A DNA stretch of 64,000 bases, from the NCBI RefSeq assembly GCF_009914755.1, contig NC_060942.1; one strand, written 5' to 3'. The position numbers and the translations under genes were made by a program. Source of the stretch: the human T2T-CHM13v2.0 reference genome, Homo sapiens. The notes under the pieces are model-generated. The model worked only from the letters and a program-made list of their open reading frames with translations. It made no database searches and had not been told where the DNA came from. The first letter of the stretch is position 1. Every line of letters begins with the position of its first letter. This document shows positions 42,410-57,044 of the stretch, in pieces.

Positions 42410-44260
42410 ATATAATCAAACACTGCAATTTCCTGCCTCTCTCTCCACCTGCTTCCAAACTTATTCCCCATTGGCAACAACTTTCAAAACATTTCGTTAT
42501 TCTTTTGGTGTAAATCTCCATGTCACTACAAACCATACTTACATTGTAACTTCCTGAGTTTTCTATGTTAGGCATTTTCTCTTGACTTTCTCTATGGAAG
42601 GTGAGAATTCAGCTTTCTGTACCGCCCCCCGCCCCCCGCCACCAATTCTTACTTCTACTCATCTATTTTCCTCATATCTTTATGGCGTATTTTGACTAGA
42701 GTATTAAGTGCTGTTCTAAGTGACCCTTGTAATCTCTCCACTACTTAAAAAATCTTCCCTAGGGTTTACAACTATTTTGGTCTTTGTTTATGTTTCTATG
42801 TACTTACCACTAATTCAATATCAAAATCTCCTCAAATTATTCTCATTTTCTCTCAATATATTTAAATACATCAGGTATTTTACCAAGTCGATCTTTTTAA
42901 AGAATCTTCTACTAGAAACTTCTGACTGCTTCCAATCTGAATGATTTCTTTCCAAACCTATGAACAGCTTTCATCCTGGGACACTTTCACCATCTTCCTA
43001 GAAATTTTCTCTTTATTTTGAGCCAAATCACTTCTTGCCTGAATATCACATTTTCTCCTGTATTGTTCTACTCCTTCATTGTAACAGAGAATATCTTCCA
43101 AAAATTTGATAACAAAAGGTACAGGGATGAAGTATATTTGATATTTTGAATTCTGAAATATCAGTATTATTTACTAAGTGAGCTGGGTATGAATTTTATT
43201 GGGATTTATCTTCAGAGTTTTTAAGGCATTGCTTCACTGTTTTTAAAATTCATTGTTGCTATTATATTATACAAAGCAGAAGCTATTTTCATTTATGATC
43301 ACTTGCATATCACCTGACTTCTTTTTTGTTTTATTTGTTTTTGTTTTCTCTTTCTGCAAGTTGATAATCTTCATTCTTTATATGTTCTTTTCATAACAGT
43401 ATATTTTGTTACTTTTTTGAGTTTTTTTCTTAAGTTTCCTCCTCTACCTCCTCCAAATTATCTTTTAAATGTTGTTTGTTTTGGTTTCTAGTTTTTCTAG
43501 TTTTCATGTTCCTCAAATGATAGGTCACCCAATATTGTCTGCTAATAATTAAAAGTGAAGCATTAAAAAATAAAACTTTTTTTTCAAAGTTAATAAACTC
43601 TAAGTGGTTGGACAGAACTTGTCAATTGCAGGCTTCGATTATGACAATTAGGGATTTGATGATTGAGTTTTAATCTCAATGTATTTATAGGTATTACATG
43701 CTCATAGGCTACTAATTTTCTTCTGGAAACACTAGCTCCAGTCTCTGTATCTGACTGCTAGATTTCTGGGAGTTCAGTGAAAGAAGAGGGCTAGCTTGTA
43801 ATATATAGTCACCCAATGTTCACTTAATTTCTCTCTGTTGAGTTTAGGTCCATTTCCCTTAAGGGATCTGGTGTCCCTGCTACAGAGACACAGTTTCATC
43901 TTTCCAAATCCAATCTTTTTGTACCTGGGAGAGGGATAATAGTATAGTTGTGTGGCAAAAAGGACTGGATCTCGTATTATAGGTTCTTCTTATACAGACT
44001 TCCCAGCAACTCTCCTGTTTGTGCCCTACCCTGACTCCATCTCTGGAAATACCTGGGGCTGTTTGGGACTTCTAGAGCATAAATCAATTTCTTTCTCAGT
44101 TTTCTCTACTGCTAGCTAAAGATCTGCTTTCCAACTTCTGTTTTCTTGATTTTTGTTTTACCCCTTAAAAAAATCCCCTTACTATTGCTTTAATGGGGTT
44201 TCAAGAGAGTTGAAAATATGTATGTATATTCAATCTACCAGCTGTAGCAGGAACCAGTCT
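42410..44260 (-). mobile_element. HAL1 (half-L1) relic
   Basis: CCAATCTG...ACAGCTTTCATCCTGGGA...CACCATC, GCTGGGTATGAATTT, TTTAAGGCATTGCTTCACTGT, typical of reverse HAL1. Confidence 0.65.
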
Positions 44261-44417
44261 GTTACTGTTGAAACTTTTGTTTTGTTTTGTTTTTGCCTTT
44301 GCTTGTGGCATCCGCATTATTGATCTTGCCTTGTTCTTATCTTTTACGTATGTAATTTTTCTCATTTTTTCTGTGTATTTATGCTTCTTTTGTCCCCAAC
44401 ATAATTATATTCCTTAG

Positions 44418-44901
<484 letters not shown>

Positions 44902-44949
44902 ATCTTCCTACCTCTTTTAAACATCCCACATCCTGCTGCCTCTCTGACA

Positions 44950-45690
44950 CTTGTAAACTCACTGTTAATGGTAACACAACCTACCCACTAATTTGAAACA
45001 AACAAACAAACAAAAAACAGAGGTTGTTTAAACATCTTGTTGTCACTTGTTTTCCATATCCAATTGGTCAATAATTCACATATATTTTGCTATCTCAATT
45101 TTTATTCAATAATGCTCAATTTTTGCATGTCTTCTCTTATACTAATAGATTCAAATTTTTACCCCTTCAATCGATTCTTTATTCAACCTTTAAAATGGTA
45201 TTTTCTAACACATAAATAAAACTAAGCCATTTCCTTGTTTTAAATGTCCAGTAATACCTCTCTGTGTCAATTCCTATGGAAAAGTCCAAGGCTCTTCATG
45301 ATCCTGCATCTTAGTCATCTTGGCTTCCTTGCTTCCTCACATTTTCTCCTTTCTGTATGCATGAGGTGTTGTAGCAAATGACTTGAGATTCTTGAAATTG
45401 TTCATGCTTTTTCCCTCCTCTGCATACTCTGTTATCTTTATATCTTTATCTGTCAGCTCTTCCTTAAAATCTCAGCTCAGATCTAAGAAGCATTCTCAGC
45501 ATGGTCATGTTGGTTATGTGCCCCTCTTCTGTGCTTCCTAGTTATAACTATTGCTTAGCACTTTCAACATTATGCTCATTATGGCCTATTAGATCAAGAG
45601 TTTTCCAAGGTCCAGAATTATATCTTATTCATGTCCAGTAGTAACACCTAGATAGTGAGTGAAGAATGTTTATTGGATTAATGAATGCCT
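44950..45690 (+). mobile_element. L2 fragments
   Basis: AAGTCCAAGGCTCTTCATGATC, TCCTTAAAATCTCAGCTCAGA, AGGTCCAGAATTATATCTTATTCAT...AATGAATG. Confidence 0.6.
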
Positions 45691-46911
45691 GTGTTACATT
45701 TTTACTTGTCATCTCAGGCATACAGGCGGATCACTCCAAACCACATTGCTCATTTAAATTTAACTTTTTCTGCATGATTGTACAAATCTTATTCTTGCTT
45801 TTCTACAGAATATAAGCATTTCATGCTTTTTTCAAAGTAGCCTCTGGTTATGGTTTACACCTCTCTATTTCACATTGGGCTCTTGCTTTCCATTTGATTA
45901 TTTTTTAACTATATATTTTCTGCCACTCAAGTTTATAGCTGGGTACTAAGATACAGGCTTAACGGATTAGTATTCAAGATGGAAAATCATTCAGCTACTG
46001 AAGCACTGAAGATATCAAATTAGAGTCAGTGCTGATTCATTCCTTCCTCATATGACATCTGTCTGCAAATGCTTGCTGGCTATAAAATGAGGGGTCTGGA
46101 TCTTAGACTGCGTCATGCTACTACATATTTGGAGGCTGACAATTTTCCATTCCTCCATGTTTTCTACTTAAAAATAAGTCATCCTTGTAGCAGTCTTCGC
46201 TAATTTCAGTGATGACTAATTATTTATATCTGACTGTCCATATGCTTTAAAGACTTTGACCTAGAAGGAACTATCAGTCCAGTTAAACAACCTAGTAATT
46301 CACACTGATGCTTTACACAAAATCTACTGGTTAGCTGGTGAAAATGACTGGGTAATTCAGTCAAAAGAGGTGAATTTTTCATGTTAGCATAAAAAGAGGT
46401 CAGAAGTTGGTATCAAGATCACTGGGTCTAGTCACTGTCACTTTTTAAGTGGTTTGATATGGGTCAATCAGTGAAACTCTAAGCATTGATTTCCACTTCT
46501 GACAAATGGGGTAGTAGGAGGAATATGGTCTTCTCCAGAAGAGGACCACAGTCTAATGTTAAGAATGGAGCTCTATTTGGATGATTTCCTCTGATCTCAG
46601 AATTGCTCCTACAGACTATGGGAATGGTGCTTTGTAGTTCTAGTAAACTATGAAAAATTAGGCACATTTGTAGATTTATGATACGCCTTCCCCTAACACT
46701 TATATAACATCTGGCAGTAAGTAGGTAGCTTGATAGCATATGTGATCATATATTCCCTTATACATTTGTATATATTATATGTTTATATTAACAAAATCAT
46801 TAAGAATTAAAGAAAATTTCTCACTGTATATCTAAAAACCAATAGATACGTGTTTACGAGTTACAAAATAAAAACTCTTTTGAATTGCAAATAAAGAAAT
46901 AAATGGAAGTG

Positions 46912-46957
46912 GTGTGTGTGTGTGTGCACGAGAGTGTGTGTGCGTGTGTGTGTGTGT
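46912..46957. repeat. Interrupted (GT)n microsatellite
   Basis: GTGTGTGTGTGTGTGCACGAGAGTGTGTGTGCGTGTGTGTGTGTGT. Confidence 0.9.
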
Positions 46958-49099
46958 CTGATTGTATTTCAGAACCCCAGGCAGACCTGGTGTGCTAGCA
47001 TATGTAAAATTCTAAATGCTGCACAAAACACTACTAAGGCTAAGTTAGTTTTGTTCCTGACAATAAAGCCAGGAACGGAGGAAGCTGGTGATCTAATATT
47101 GCTTAATGGACTATTGCACAGTGCACAATGTCATTGTAATTGCTCTGTAGTTAATTTGTGGTACTCTGTATTTGTTCCATCTATGACTACGTTAATTTTC
47201 TTGCCAAACATTATCATAATTCATGTGTAAATCTTCTGTTGAAGAAATTGGACATTAGAGACTCAGCAGGACACAGATTTCAGATAGCACTTTTGCAAAT
47301 TAGTTACTCTAGGTGAATGCTTCAGGTTTTTCAGATTTCCTTTTGCTTCGTCCAACATATGAGAGGACAAGCAAATCTTTTCTCTCAGTGGGACGCCCCC
47401 ACGCTATTTTCAGAAATAGATGAATTTGTGATTATGTAAATAATCCTTTGAAGTAACATTTTATGATTCTAGAAATATAAAAATGGAAAAGTTTCTCTTC
47501 AAATCTTGGGTAGCTCCAGCTATCCAGAAGTTTGATTTATCAGAGTTCCTCTGTTCAGATGACTGATTTTTCTTTTTAAAACAGCTACTACTTCTAAAAA
47601 TGAGTCTTGAAGATGATGAGTCTAACTATTATTATTTTCTGATTAGAATCCCAGAAGTGTTAAATGGCAACCCTAAAATGATATAGCCCATTTGTAGCAG
47701 AACAATGTCTTTTTTGCCATGTGTAATGCTATACATTATAAAAGTTTGTAGGTTACTCAGCCTTAAAAAGCTTAAAACATTTGCAAGCCAATAAACTTCT
47801 ATGTAATAACCCAAATAAACCCAAATTATAGATGTCACAACATTATGGTTTGCCATATGCTAAGAGTTAACAACCTAGAAAGACGTTCTCCAGGAGAAAA
47901 AGCCAGTCAATTTGAAAACAGAGCATAGCAGTGGGTCTCAAAGGCTTTTCTAAGAAGATGTGAGTAACCCAGGAACTAAGCAGTCTCTCCCAGGAGCTGA
48001 CAACTCTTGAACTTTAAATATATTCTAAGGTTGCTTGTCCCCTACTGGATTCTCAGTTGATTTCTCTTAGCCCGGAGGGTGGAGACTCTCAAAGGAAATT
48101 ACTCTCTCTCTTTTCTTTAATGTCAACAGTTGAGGTCATAACTATGACAAACCCAAGACAATACCAGTCATCTAAGAAAACTTCCCTTTGGGAATCTCCA
48201 CACATAACCCTAAAATAAGCGAAATAATCTTAAGATCTTTCATGATGATTGATAGATTTCTATCACTTTTTCTCCTCATCATGGCTGTTCATGTTATGTA
48301 GACCTGTTAGTTGTGTCATTCCAGAGATGCCAGATAATTCAATCACCCTCAGTATTCATTCCCCAGTACCACTTTCATTATTAGAGGTGTTTGTTTGAAC
48401 TTACTGGAGAGTGAGTGTATTATTACATTACCTTGAACAATAAACTGGTAACTTGCTATTATCCATAGATCACAGGTTAATTTGTCAGTTGAGCAAAATG
48501 CTACCTGACAAGCATGGGAAAACAGAATGCAGAATAGGTAAAACTTCAGTTAAGTGAAGTGAGAGAATTTTAAAACTTACAGGGAGTGATTCTCGTTGGT
48601 TATAGTGCAATTAGTGGATATCACATAAGACCACCATTGGTTTCTACATCAACTATTTTCCTTCATTTTCCAATCAACCTTCTTTAAAAGTTATTTGCAC
48701 TTAAAATATCCACCCCATCATTCTTGCTCACTTTTTAACCACTTGCAAAAAGTTTCTACTACAGCTTCCCACTGAAACTGTTCTCACCAAGGTTACCAAA
48801 GTGAATGGCTTGATAGTTGTTAGGTTACACCATTGGATTAACTCAAGTCAGTCTTGATATTAAAATGCTTCTGTTGTGAATTCATCTTAAATCAAGGTAA
48901 CAACTGGCTCTCAAAAGTATTGCTGGCAGCAAAATAAAATGAGAGCATTGAAATGGAAATAGAAAATAGACAACTAAAGAGCTTTATGTGCTGCTTTTGT
49001 AACATTCATTTCACAGATGGTAAATTAAAATCACTTATACCCCAATAAAAACATTAATTACTAATAGAAATATTCTCTAGTTAAAGAATTGTCAATTAG

Positions 49100-49452
<353 letters not shown>

Positions 49453-51264
49453 TTACTATTAGAGGAGAGGGTTGGTGGAATAGCAGTAATATCTCATTAG
49501 TTTTCATATTGTAGGACTTTCCATGGAGATATTACAAACCATTAACCAAAGTCACTTAAATGCAAGACATTTTTGAAAGGTTTAACACATATTTGCATAT
49601 ACAATTTCTGTGATTCTGATTTAAAAATTAATCCAATAAATTTATGATATTAATGCTCCCATTTTTTAATAAACTTCGCAGATCTCCAAGGGCCTAGCCA
49701 TAGAAGTGTACTGATTACATTCATTCTCTGACATTATCATGAAGGGGCCGGAGTCCAACAGCTCAGTATCTTTTCCTTAGGAAGTGACTTATTAGTAACC
49801 AGGATGTGTGATTGTATTAATTCAGCAACCTTTATTTTCTTCAAAAGGAATTCTTCTCAATTTTTTCCTTTAGATGAATTGGGAAATAAAGGCCAAGTGA
49901 TAATATTTGATTTACTGCTGTCTATGATTTTCAATGATAAGCTGCTGATTAAAGTATACATTTTTAAAGTGTAAATTTTGAAATACATTTCTACTTCTGT
50001 GAGTTTTAAATTTGCTTCCTATCAAAAGCATCATAAAATCTTCATCAGACAACAGAGGAATGAGTACTTTAAACAGAACTCCGAAATTCTATTGCGCGCA
50101 GAATAACAATATAAATGAGCATAATAACAATTAGTAGGGTATAAACAGATTGATAAAAATTATGCTAGACATGACAGATATGCTAGATAGCACAATAGGA
50201 AGAACATTAATAAATTGAGATGTTCAGATTGTATGAACTAATAACTCAACTGCTTTGTTTCTGCTATGGAATAGAGAGATTCCAGTGCTAGGTTTCTTAT
50301 AGTCTTTCATGGTCAAGTAGGTCTGCCAGACCATTTGGGAAATTATGCAAACGGGTGTAAATCTTAGAAAAGTGAAGGTAACTGGGCACATAAGTTGTAC
50401 TGCCTTTTCTGTAATTTGACATCTGTATGGTATGTGAGAGGATTGGCAGATTATTTTGTAGCACATAATGAATGCTAACATAATTTGGGGCATGGAATAT
50501 TAATATAATAAATAAAATGAACCAATGCAGAAAATGACAGAAGGGCAACATGAAAATTAAACAGAAATGACAGTAGCAAGATTGGCTGTTTTTTAATTAT
50601 GAGATAACAGGGATGCCTAGCTGCCTCCTAAATTCTTTGGGTTAGAAACAAATTTTCTAGAAAACTCATAACAGAGTTCTAATAATTTTCTTTTTGCAAG
50701 ACCACAATGCTACTTTCATTCAGGAAGGATGACAGAGTTGAAGTCCCAGGTCAGGTAAGATTGTTTCTAGAAGGAATACAATAGAAATTGGAAAGCCAAG
50801 GTCCCCCAAAATTATGAGGTGGACAGAGTACTTTTAGTAACAAAATAAAATATTTGTTTAAGAACAATTATTTGTTTCATTTAATTCATTTTGAAATGTG
50901 ACTTTGGAGAAAAAGATATAATGCTGTTAAGATAAATCTTACCTAAAAAGATATTAGGCTAAATAAAAGCACCCAAGACTTTACAGGCCAATTGTAGGAG
51001 TTATTCAGAAGATAAAAAATGCAAAAAGTAAGTAATTAATAAATATCCCTTAGTTATCAAGAGAGAAAGGAGTAGTTTATTTGAGAAAAAATAAAACAGT
51101 ACTTTCTATTTCAAAAAACATCATGTTATTTAAGATTTTATACTGGTACAATGATTTGCATATGTGATTTCATGGTAGGTAATCTCTCTTGGAGTTTGAA
51201 AAGTAACATGAAATAGAAAGTTTCAGACTTCAGGCTTAGGTAATGTATCACTCCATACATAAAA

Positions 51265-52110
51265 GAATTGTGAAAATCCAAAACACTGACAAAAACAAAT
51301 GCTGGCAAAGATGTGCAGCAACGGGAATTCTCCTTCATTACTGGTGGAAGAGGGGGGAGGATGCAAAATGGTACAGTCACTTTGGAAAACAGTTAGGCAG
51401 TCTCCTATGAAGTTAAGCATACTCTTGTCATGCAACCCAGCAATCAAGCTTGTTGGTATTTACTCAGATGAATTGCAAATTTATTTCCACACAAAGACTA
51501 CACACAAATGTTTACAAAAGCTTTGTTCATAATTTCTGAAACTTGAAAGCAACCAAGTTGCCTCACAGTAGGTGAATAAACAAACTGTGGTACATTCATA
51601 CAATGGAATAGTATTCAGCATCAAAAAGAAATGAGCTATTAAGTTGTCAGAAGACATGGAAGAAGCTTAAATGTCTATTACTTAAGGGAAAGGAGCCATT
51701 CTGAAAAGGCTACACACTGTATAATTCTAACTATGTAACATTCTAGAAAAGGTAAAACTATGGAGACAGTAAAAAATCAGTGGCTGCTGGAAGTTAGAGG
51801 AGAGAGAAGAATGAATAATCAGTGCACAGAGGATTTTTAGGGCAGTGATATTATTCTGTTTTATGCTACATGAATTATGCCACCATGGATTTGTCAAAAT
51901 ACATAGGAAGTACAACACCGAGAGCAAACCCTAATGTAAACTACGGGCTTTGGGTGGTAATGGTGAATTAATGTAGGTTTATAGTTTGTAACGAATATAC
52001 CACTGTGGCGGGGGATTTTAATTGTGTGGGGGAAGGCAGAAAGTATATGGGAACCTTCTATAGTTTCTACTCAGTTTTGCTGTGAACCTAAAACTTCTCT
52101 AAAAAAACAA
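51265..52110 (+). mobile_element. L1MC1/L1MC2-like 3' end
   Basis: AAACACTGACAA..CAAATGCTGGC, GCACAGAGGATTTTTAGGGCAGTGA, AACCCTAATGTAAACTA, CTGTGAACCTAAAACT. Confidence 0.88.
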
Positions 52111-52167
52111 AGGGTTTTTTTTTGTTTGTTTGTTTGGTTGGTTGGTTGTTTTTTGTTTTTGTTTCTT

Positions 52168-52865
52168 CCCACTAATGGTAATGCTAGGTTGAATGGTAGC
52201 TGTTTTAAGCTATCTGAGAAATCTCCAGACTGATTTCCACAGTGGTTGAACTAATTTACATTCCCAGCAACACTGTATAAGCATTCCCTTTTCGCCGCAG
52301 CCTCTCCAGCATCTGTTTTTTTTTTATTTTTTTTCTTTTTAAATAATAGCCTGGGTATATACCCAAAAGAAAATAAATCACTCTACCAGAAAGACACATG
52401 CACTCATATATTCACTGCTGCAGTATTCACAATAGCAAAGACATGGGATCAACCCAGATGTGCATCAATAGTAGATTAGATAAAGAAAATGCAGTACATA
52501 TACACCATGGAACACCACAAAGCCATAAAAAAGAATGAAATCATGTCTATTGCACCAACATGAATGGAGCTGGAAGCCACAATCCTAAGTAAATTAAGGC
52601 AGGAACAGGAAACCAAAAACTGTATGTTCTCACTTGTAATTGGGAGCTAAACACTGAGCACATGTGGACATAAACATGGAAACAATAGACACTGTGGACT
52701 TCTGGAAGAAGGAAGGAGGAGAGTAGCTTAGAAAACTACCTACTGGGTACTATGCTCAGTATCAGGGTGACAGGGTCAACACTCCAAACCCCACCATCAT
52801 ACAATATTCTCATGGAACAAATCTGCACATGTGCCCCCCTGTTTCTAAATGAAAATTGAAATTTG
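52168..52865 (+). mobile_element. L1PA15/16-like 3' end with 5' inversion (minus 52168-52350, plus 52351-52865)
   Basis: Reverse segment CCCACTAATGG...AATAATAGC joined to forward CTGGGTATATACCCAAAAGAAAATAAATC...CTGCACATGT. Confidence 0.88.
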
Positions 52866-54258
52866 TTGGATTTTTTTTTAATTTAAAAAGATTGAAAAAA
52901 CTAAAATGCATTTTAGTATAATGGACAATATTTTGGTCAATTGTATCTGTTATATAAATAAGTTAACGTATACTGTTTTAAAAATAAATGACAAATCCTA
53001 TTTAAAAACCACCCAGGCTATCCAGCTTTCCTCGGGTATTCAAATATGAAGAGATTCTACTGATCCAAAATTACTTAGTGTATCCATCAACATACAGGTG
53101 TAGTATTTAAGTTAACATAAACAACTTCTTTAGAATAATTCCTTAACTTTACCACATGCTAAACTTTCTGATTTCACTCCACCTTAGATGAATTATATTA
53201 TATATATAAAACTATAGGAAAATTGGGTTATTTGTGTTACTTTCTTGCAAGAAAGTAGAATTACCATTGACTATTCAATATCATAGATATTTAATTTCTT
53301 GACATTTCTGTCATGGTGACAGACTTACATTCCTAGATATTTTAATTAACTGGGGTTTCTAACTGAAGAAAGAAGCCAGTTTCTAAACTGAAAAATCAGT
53401 GATTTTTTTTTGTAATGGATTAGTGATAGCAAATATGCCTTAAAGCTAAGGAGAAAAGTCATTTTGTGATGGACACATTATTGACAAGCTTCCTTTTAAA
53501 AATGTATACCGCCATCAAACATTTATACATATAATCACAGAAGATAAACATACATACTCTATCTCATGTAACATAAGCAGACATGTGTGTTGACAACGAA
53601 GGTTCAGAGAAATGCAGAAAGAACATTAGTTTTTTTGCTATTTATAATCCATTACATCAAATACTTTCAAGTAGGGATAAGAATCACCATTCATTTAACC
53701 AGACTTGTCCTTGTGCTATGAATTTGTTTAGTTTTGTTCTTCACAAAGGACATGCATTAAAGAGATAAAACCCCTTCCCATCTCCTCCAAATGTTCAGCC
53801 TCTGAGTGACTAAATATATTTATACGTTTAGGCAGTATTGTATGATGCATTATGTTGTAATATAAGAAGCTGGGTGATTTGGGCATCATTTCTGGCTACC
53901 ACTGAGATGACCTCAGGAAAATCATTTGACTTGAGTGGTCTTGATTTATAAAATGAGAGTTTCAGGATACTTTATAACTATATTGCCTTCCAATTCTGTT
54001 TCTATATTCTTTATGGAGGATAAAACATGGTTACTCTTTATTTGGACTATTCCCTATCATCATCCTATTATAAAAAAAAATTCCAAACAGAAATTGTCAT
54101 GAAAGTAACCAGTAGCAAAAAAGCATTCAATGATATACCCAACAATGAGAATTTTAAAGTAGTTTTTATCTTGTAGATAAAATTTTTAATACTATCTACT
54201 ACACAGCTTAAACTCTATTTGGCAAGAAACTTAATTTTTGAAATTCTTTAAATGCCAC

Positions 54259-54410
54259 AGAAGGAAAGAAGGAAAAGAGGGAGTCAAGGAGGGAGGGAGG
54301 GAGGGAGGAAGAGATGGAAGGAAGGAGGATGAAAGGAAGGAAGTTAAGATGGAAAGGAGGGAAGAAGAGAGAGAGAGAGAAGGAGAAGCAGGGAGGAAAG
54401 AAGGGAGTGA
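54259..54410. repeat. GA-rich low-complexity polypurine tract
   Basis: (GGAA)n/(GGGA)n/(GA)n mosaic. Confidence 0.92.
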
Positions 54411-55234
54411 TGAAAGCATAGACGTTCTAAGAGCCAACAAAAAGGTCCAGAATTATCTTCTTGTTAAACGTTTACTAAATAATGGCCAAGGACATTAATG
54501 TAGCCTGCTTTTAGACCCACTTAATTGGTTTCACATTCTTTCAGCTATGTTGCCAAGTCTAAAAAAAAATTATAAACACTGAAATAAAAGAATAATAAAG
54601 ATAAATCAACTTACCTCTGCCTTATTAAGCTTCCATAAACACAGAGCTATATTAGGGAATAGGACAGTTGATCGGCATATAATTCTAGGAGCAATGCTAA
54701 ACTATCACTGGAAATAGATACAACAAAGAAATTTATATTTACCAGAAGTTATATCAGGGACTATTTAGTTTATAGTTGAAGAGGAGGTTTTGATGAATTC
54801 TTTGGGTGCATGAGGAGGTTGAATCCTCCAACAGACATATTAAACTAAAAATAGATCATCATTTAGTGACTAAAAAAGAGGAATTTCTGCATAATTGCAG
54901 AGCCTGTTTGTTGAAATCCAGAATGTAAGGACAGAGCTGAACAACAGAGTAGAGATGCAACCCTGGCCCCAGCAATTTTTCTTCTCTGCCTTTCCCTAAT
55001 AGTACACTCAGCTTCAATCCTAAATAACTACTGTTCTCATATTTTAAAAATAGCAACTTGAAGGTACATCAAACCATCTAGATATTCACATTCTTTCACT
55101 GAACTGTCACATAGCCTTCCATCTCCATATTTAAAACATATAAACAATTATTATGATCTCTACACAAGTTACTGAAGTTATTAGCATATTTTCTCTGTAT
55201 CTTATTTATATAGAAAATAAAAATGTCATTCAAT

Positions 55235-55875
55235 GTCCACAGAAAAACCTGCACATAGATTCATGGTTGCCAGAATTTGGAAGCAACCATGATGTCCTGC
55301 AGTAGGTAAATGCATAAACAAACCATGGTATATCCAGACAGTGGAATATTTTTCAGCATTTTAAAAAATGAGCTATCAAGCCAGGGTAAGACATGGAATA
55401 ACTTCAAATTCATATTATTAAGTGACAGAAGCCAATCTGAAAAGGCTACATGCTGTATAATTCAACAATATGACATTCTGGAAAAGGTGCAACTATGGAG
55501 ACAATGAAAAGTGCCGTGGTTGCTAGGGGTAAAGGGGGAGGGAGAGATGAATAAGCAGGGCACAGGTGAATTTAAGCAGTGAAACTATTCAGTATGACAC
55601 TACAATGATAGACACATGTTATTATCTTTTTCAAAACCCATATAATGTACAACAATAAGAGTGAATCCAATTATAGGACATGGGCTTAGGGTAATAACGG
55701 TGTGTCAATGTAGATTTATTGATTGTGACAAATGGACTATTCTAGTGAGGGCTGTTGATAATAGGAGAGGCTTTGTATGTGTGAGGGCAGGGGGTGTGTG
55801 GGAACTTCTGTATTTTCTTTTCAATTTCTCTATAAACCTAAGAAAAAAAAACACACTCTAAAAAATAAAGCCTAT
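55235..55875 (+). mobile_element. L1MC1/L1MC2-like 3' fragment
   Basis: GGAAGCAACCA.GATGTCC, AGAAGCCAATCTGAAAAGGCTACA, GTGTCAATGTAG, ends AAAATAAAGCCTATT. Confidence 0.88.
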
Positions 55876-56878
55876 TCACCACGACAAACCTCTCCAGGGT
55901 AGAAGGCCCAGGTCAGTGTTACATTCTGCCAAGGTTCATGCTCGCCTCCTCCAATCTACGTTATAATCTTTTGCTTCTGAACTCTGTAGCACTTCCTACC
56001 TAGAGTACTAATTCAGCTCTAAGTATATATTCTCCTTTGCACTGTTAAAGAACCTTTCATATGTGTAGGCCCCATTTTTCCAGCTTAAGTGAATGTCTTT
56101 TCTTTAAAATTTGTCCCAGAGCTGGACTTACTGTGATTAAGAAGTTCTCATGAATTAATGTATTTTAATACTATCTTAATTGGAGTCTATTGGATTATAC
56201 AGATTCTTAAACTATGACTAAAAATAATAAACTCTGTTCTCAGAATAGCTTGATACTTCAGGGGAAATAATCCTGCTTAAGAGGCTGAGGTCTGCATTAC
56301 TAAATTGTTTTGCCCGTATTAAATCTTATCTGACATTGTGCTGCCTGATTCACATTCAGAATCTGAAGTTGCTTTGAATCTATGCAAAGCACAACGCTTG
56401 AAAATGTAGCTGAAGAAAATACCCCAGTCATTTGACAAATAAAGCAGCTTTAGGATCATGTACATAAAACATGTGTTAGTGACAAAATACCTAGAAGAAA
56501 ACTAAGAGTATCTATTTTTCTTTGAGATAAAAATGTGTAAATAGAATTACTGAAATCCTGGTGTCTTATAGAAAGATCACCTACTTACTCTTCTTTGCCT
56601 AGGATTGAGTCTATATACTGAATTCACAGTGTTGTGTTAGCAGTTCTCTGGATGGTCCATTTCCAAAGTGGTCTGAGTTAGGTCTACTGAAGTGAAAGAA
56701 CTAACACTAATTGTCTCTGTTATTACCTCAACCTCTATCCAGCTTTGAATCAAAAAATTATTAGTAAAGCATGGAGGCCATTTTTGGAAATTGTATCACA
56801 ATAGATGGTCAGTAGGTCCTAAAATCCAAAGCCCACAGGAATTTGGAGACCAATTGAGCATTTTAAAAGCTAACTCTC

Positions 56879-57034
56879 CTGGGCATGGTGGTGCGTGCCT
56901 GTAATACCAGCTACTCAGGAGGCTGAGGCAGGAGAATCGCTTAAACCCAGAAGGCAGAAGTTACAGTGAGCCAAGATCGCCACTGCACTCCAGCCTGGGA
57001 AACAGAGCGAGACTCCGTCTCAAAAAAAAAAAAA
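56879..57034 (+). mobile_element. 5'-truncated Alu (right monomer only) with perfect 14-bp TSD
   Basis: TSD AAAAGCTAACTCTC at 56865-56878 and 57035-57048, preceded by TTTT (L1 endonuclease site). Confidence 0.95.
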
Positions 57035-57044
57035 AAAAGCTAAC

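Noticed and set aside
46080-46116. CTATAAAA TATA box with a nearby TGCGTCA half-CRE
   Set aside because: Short motifs are expected by chance in AT-rich DNA, with no other promoter evidence.
50224-50551. Overlapping minus-strand ORFs with Cys/hydrophobic N-termini
   Set aside because: No recognisable family in either frame and no convincing splice boundaries.
51265-55875. Two similar L1MC 3' ends as a segmental duplication
   Set aside because: They differ widely and have unrelated flanks, consistent with independent insertions.
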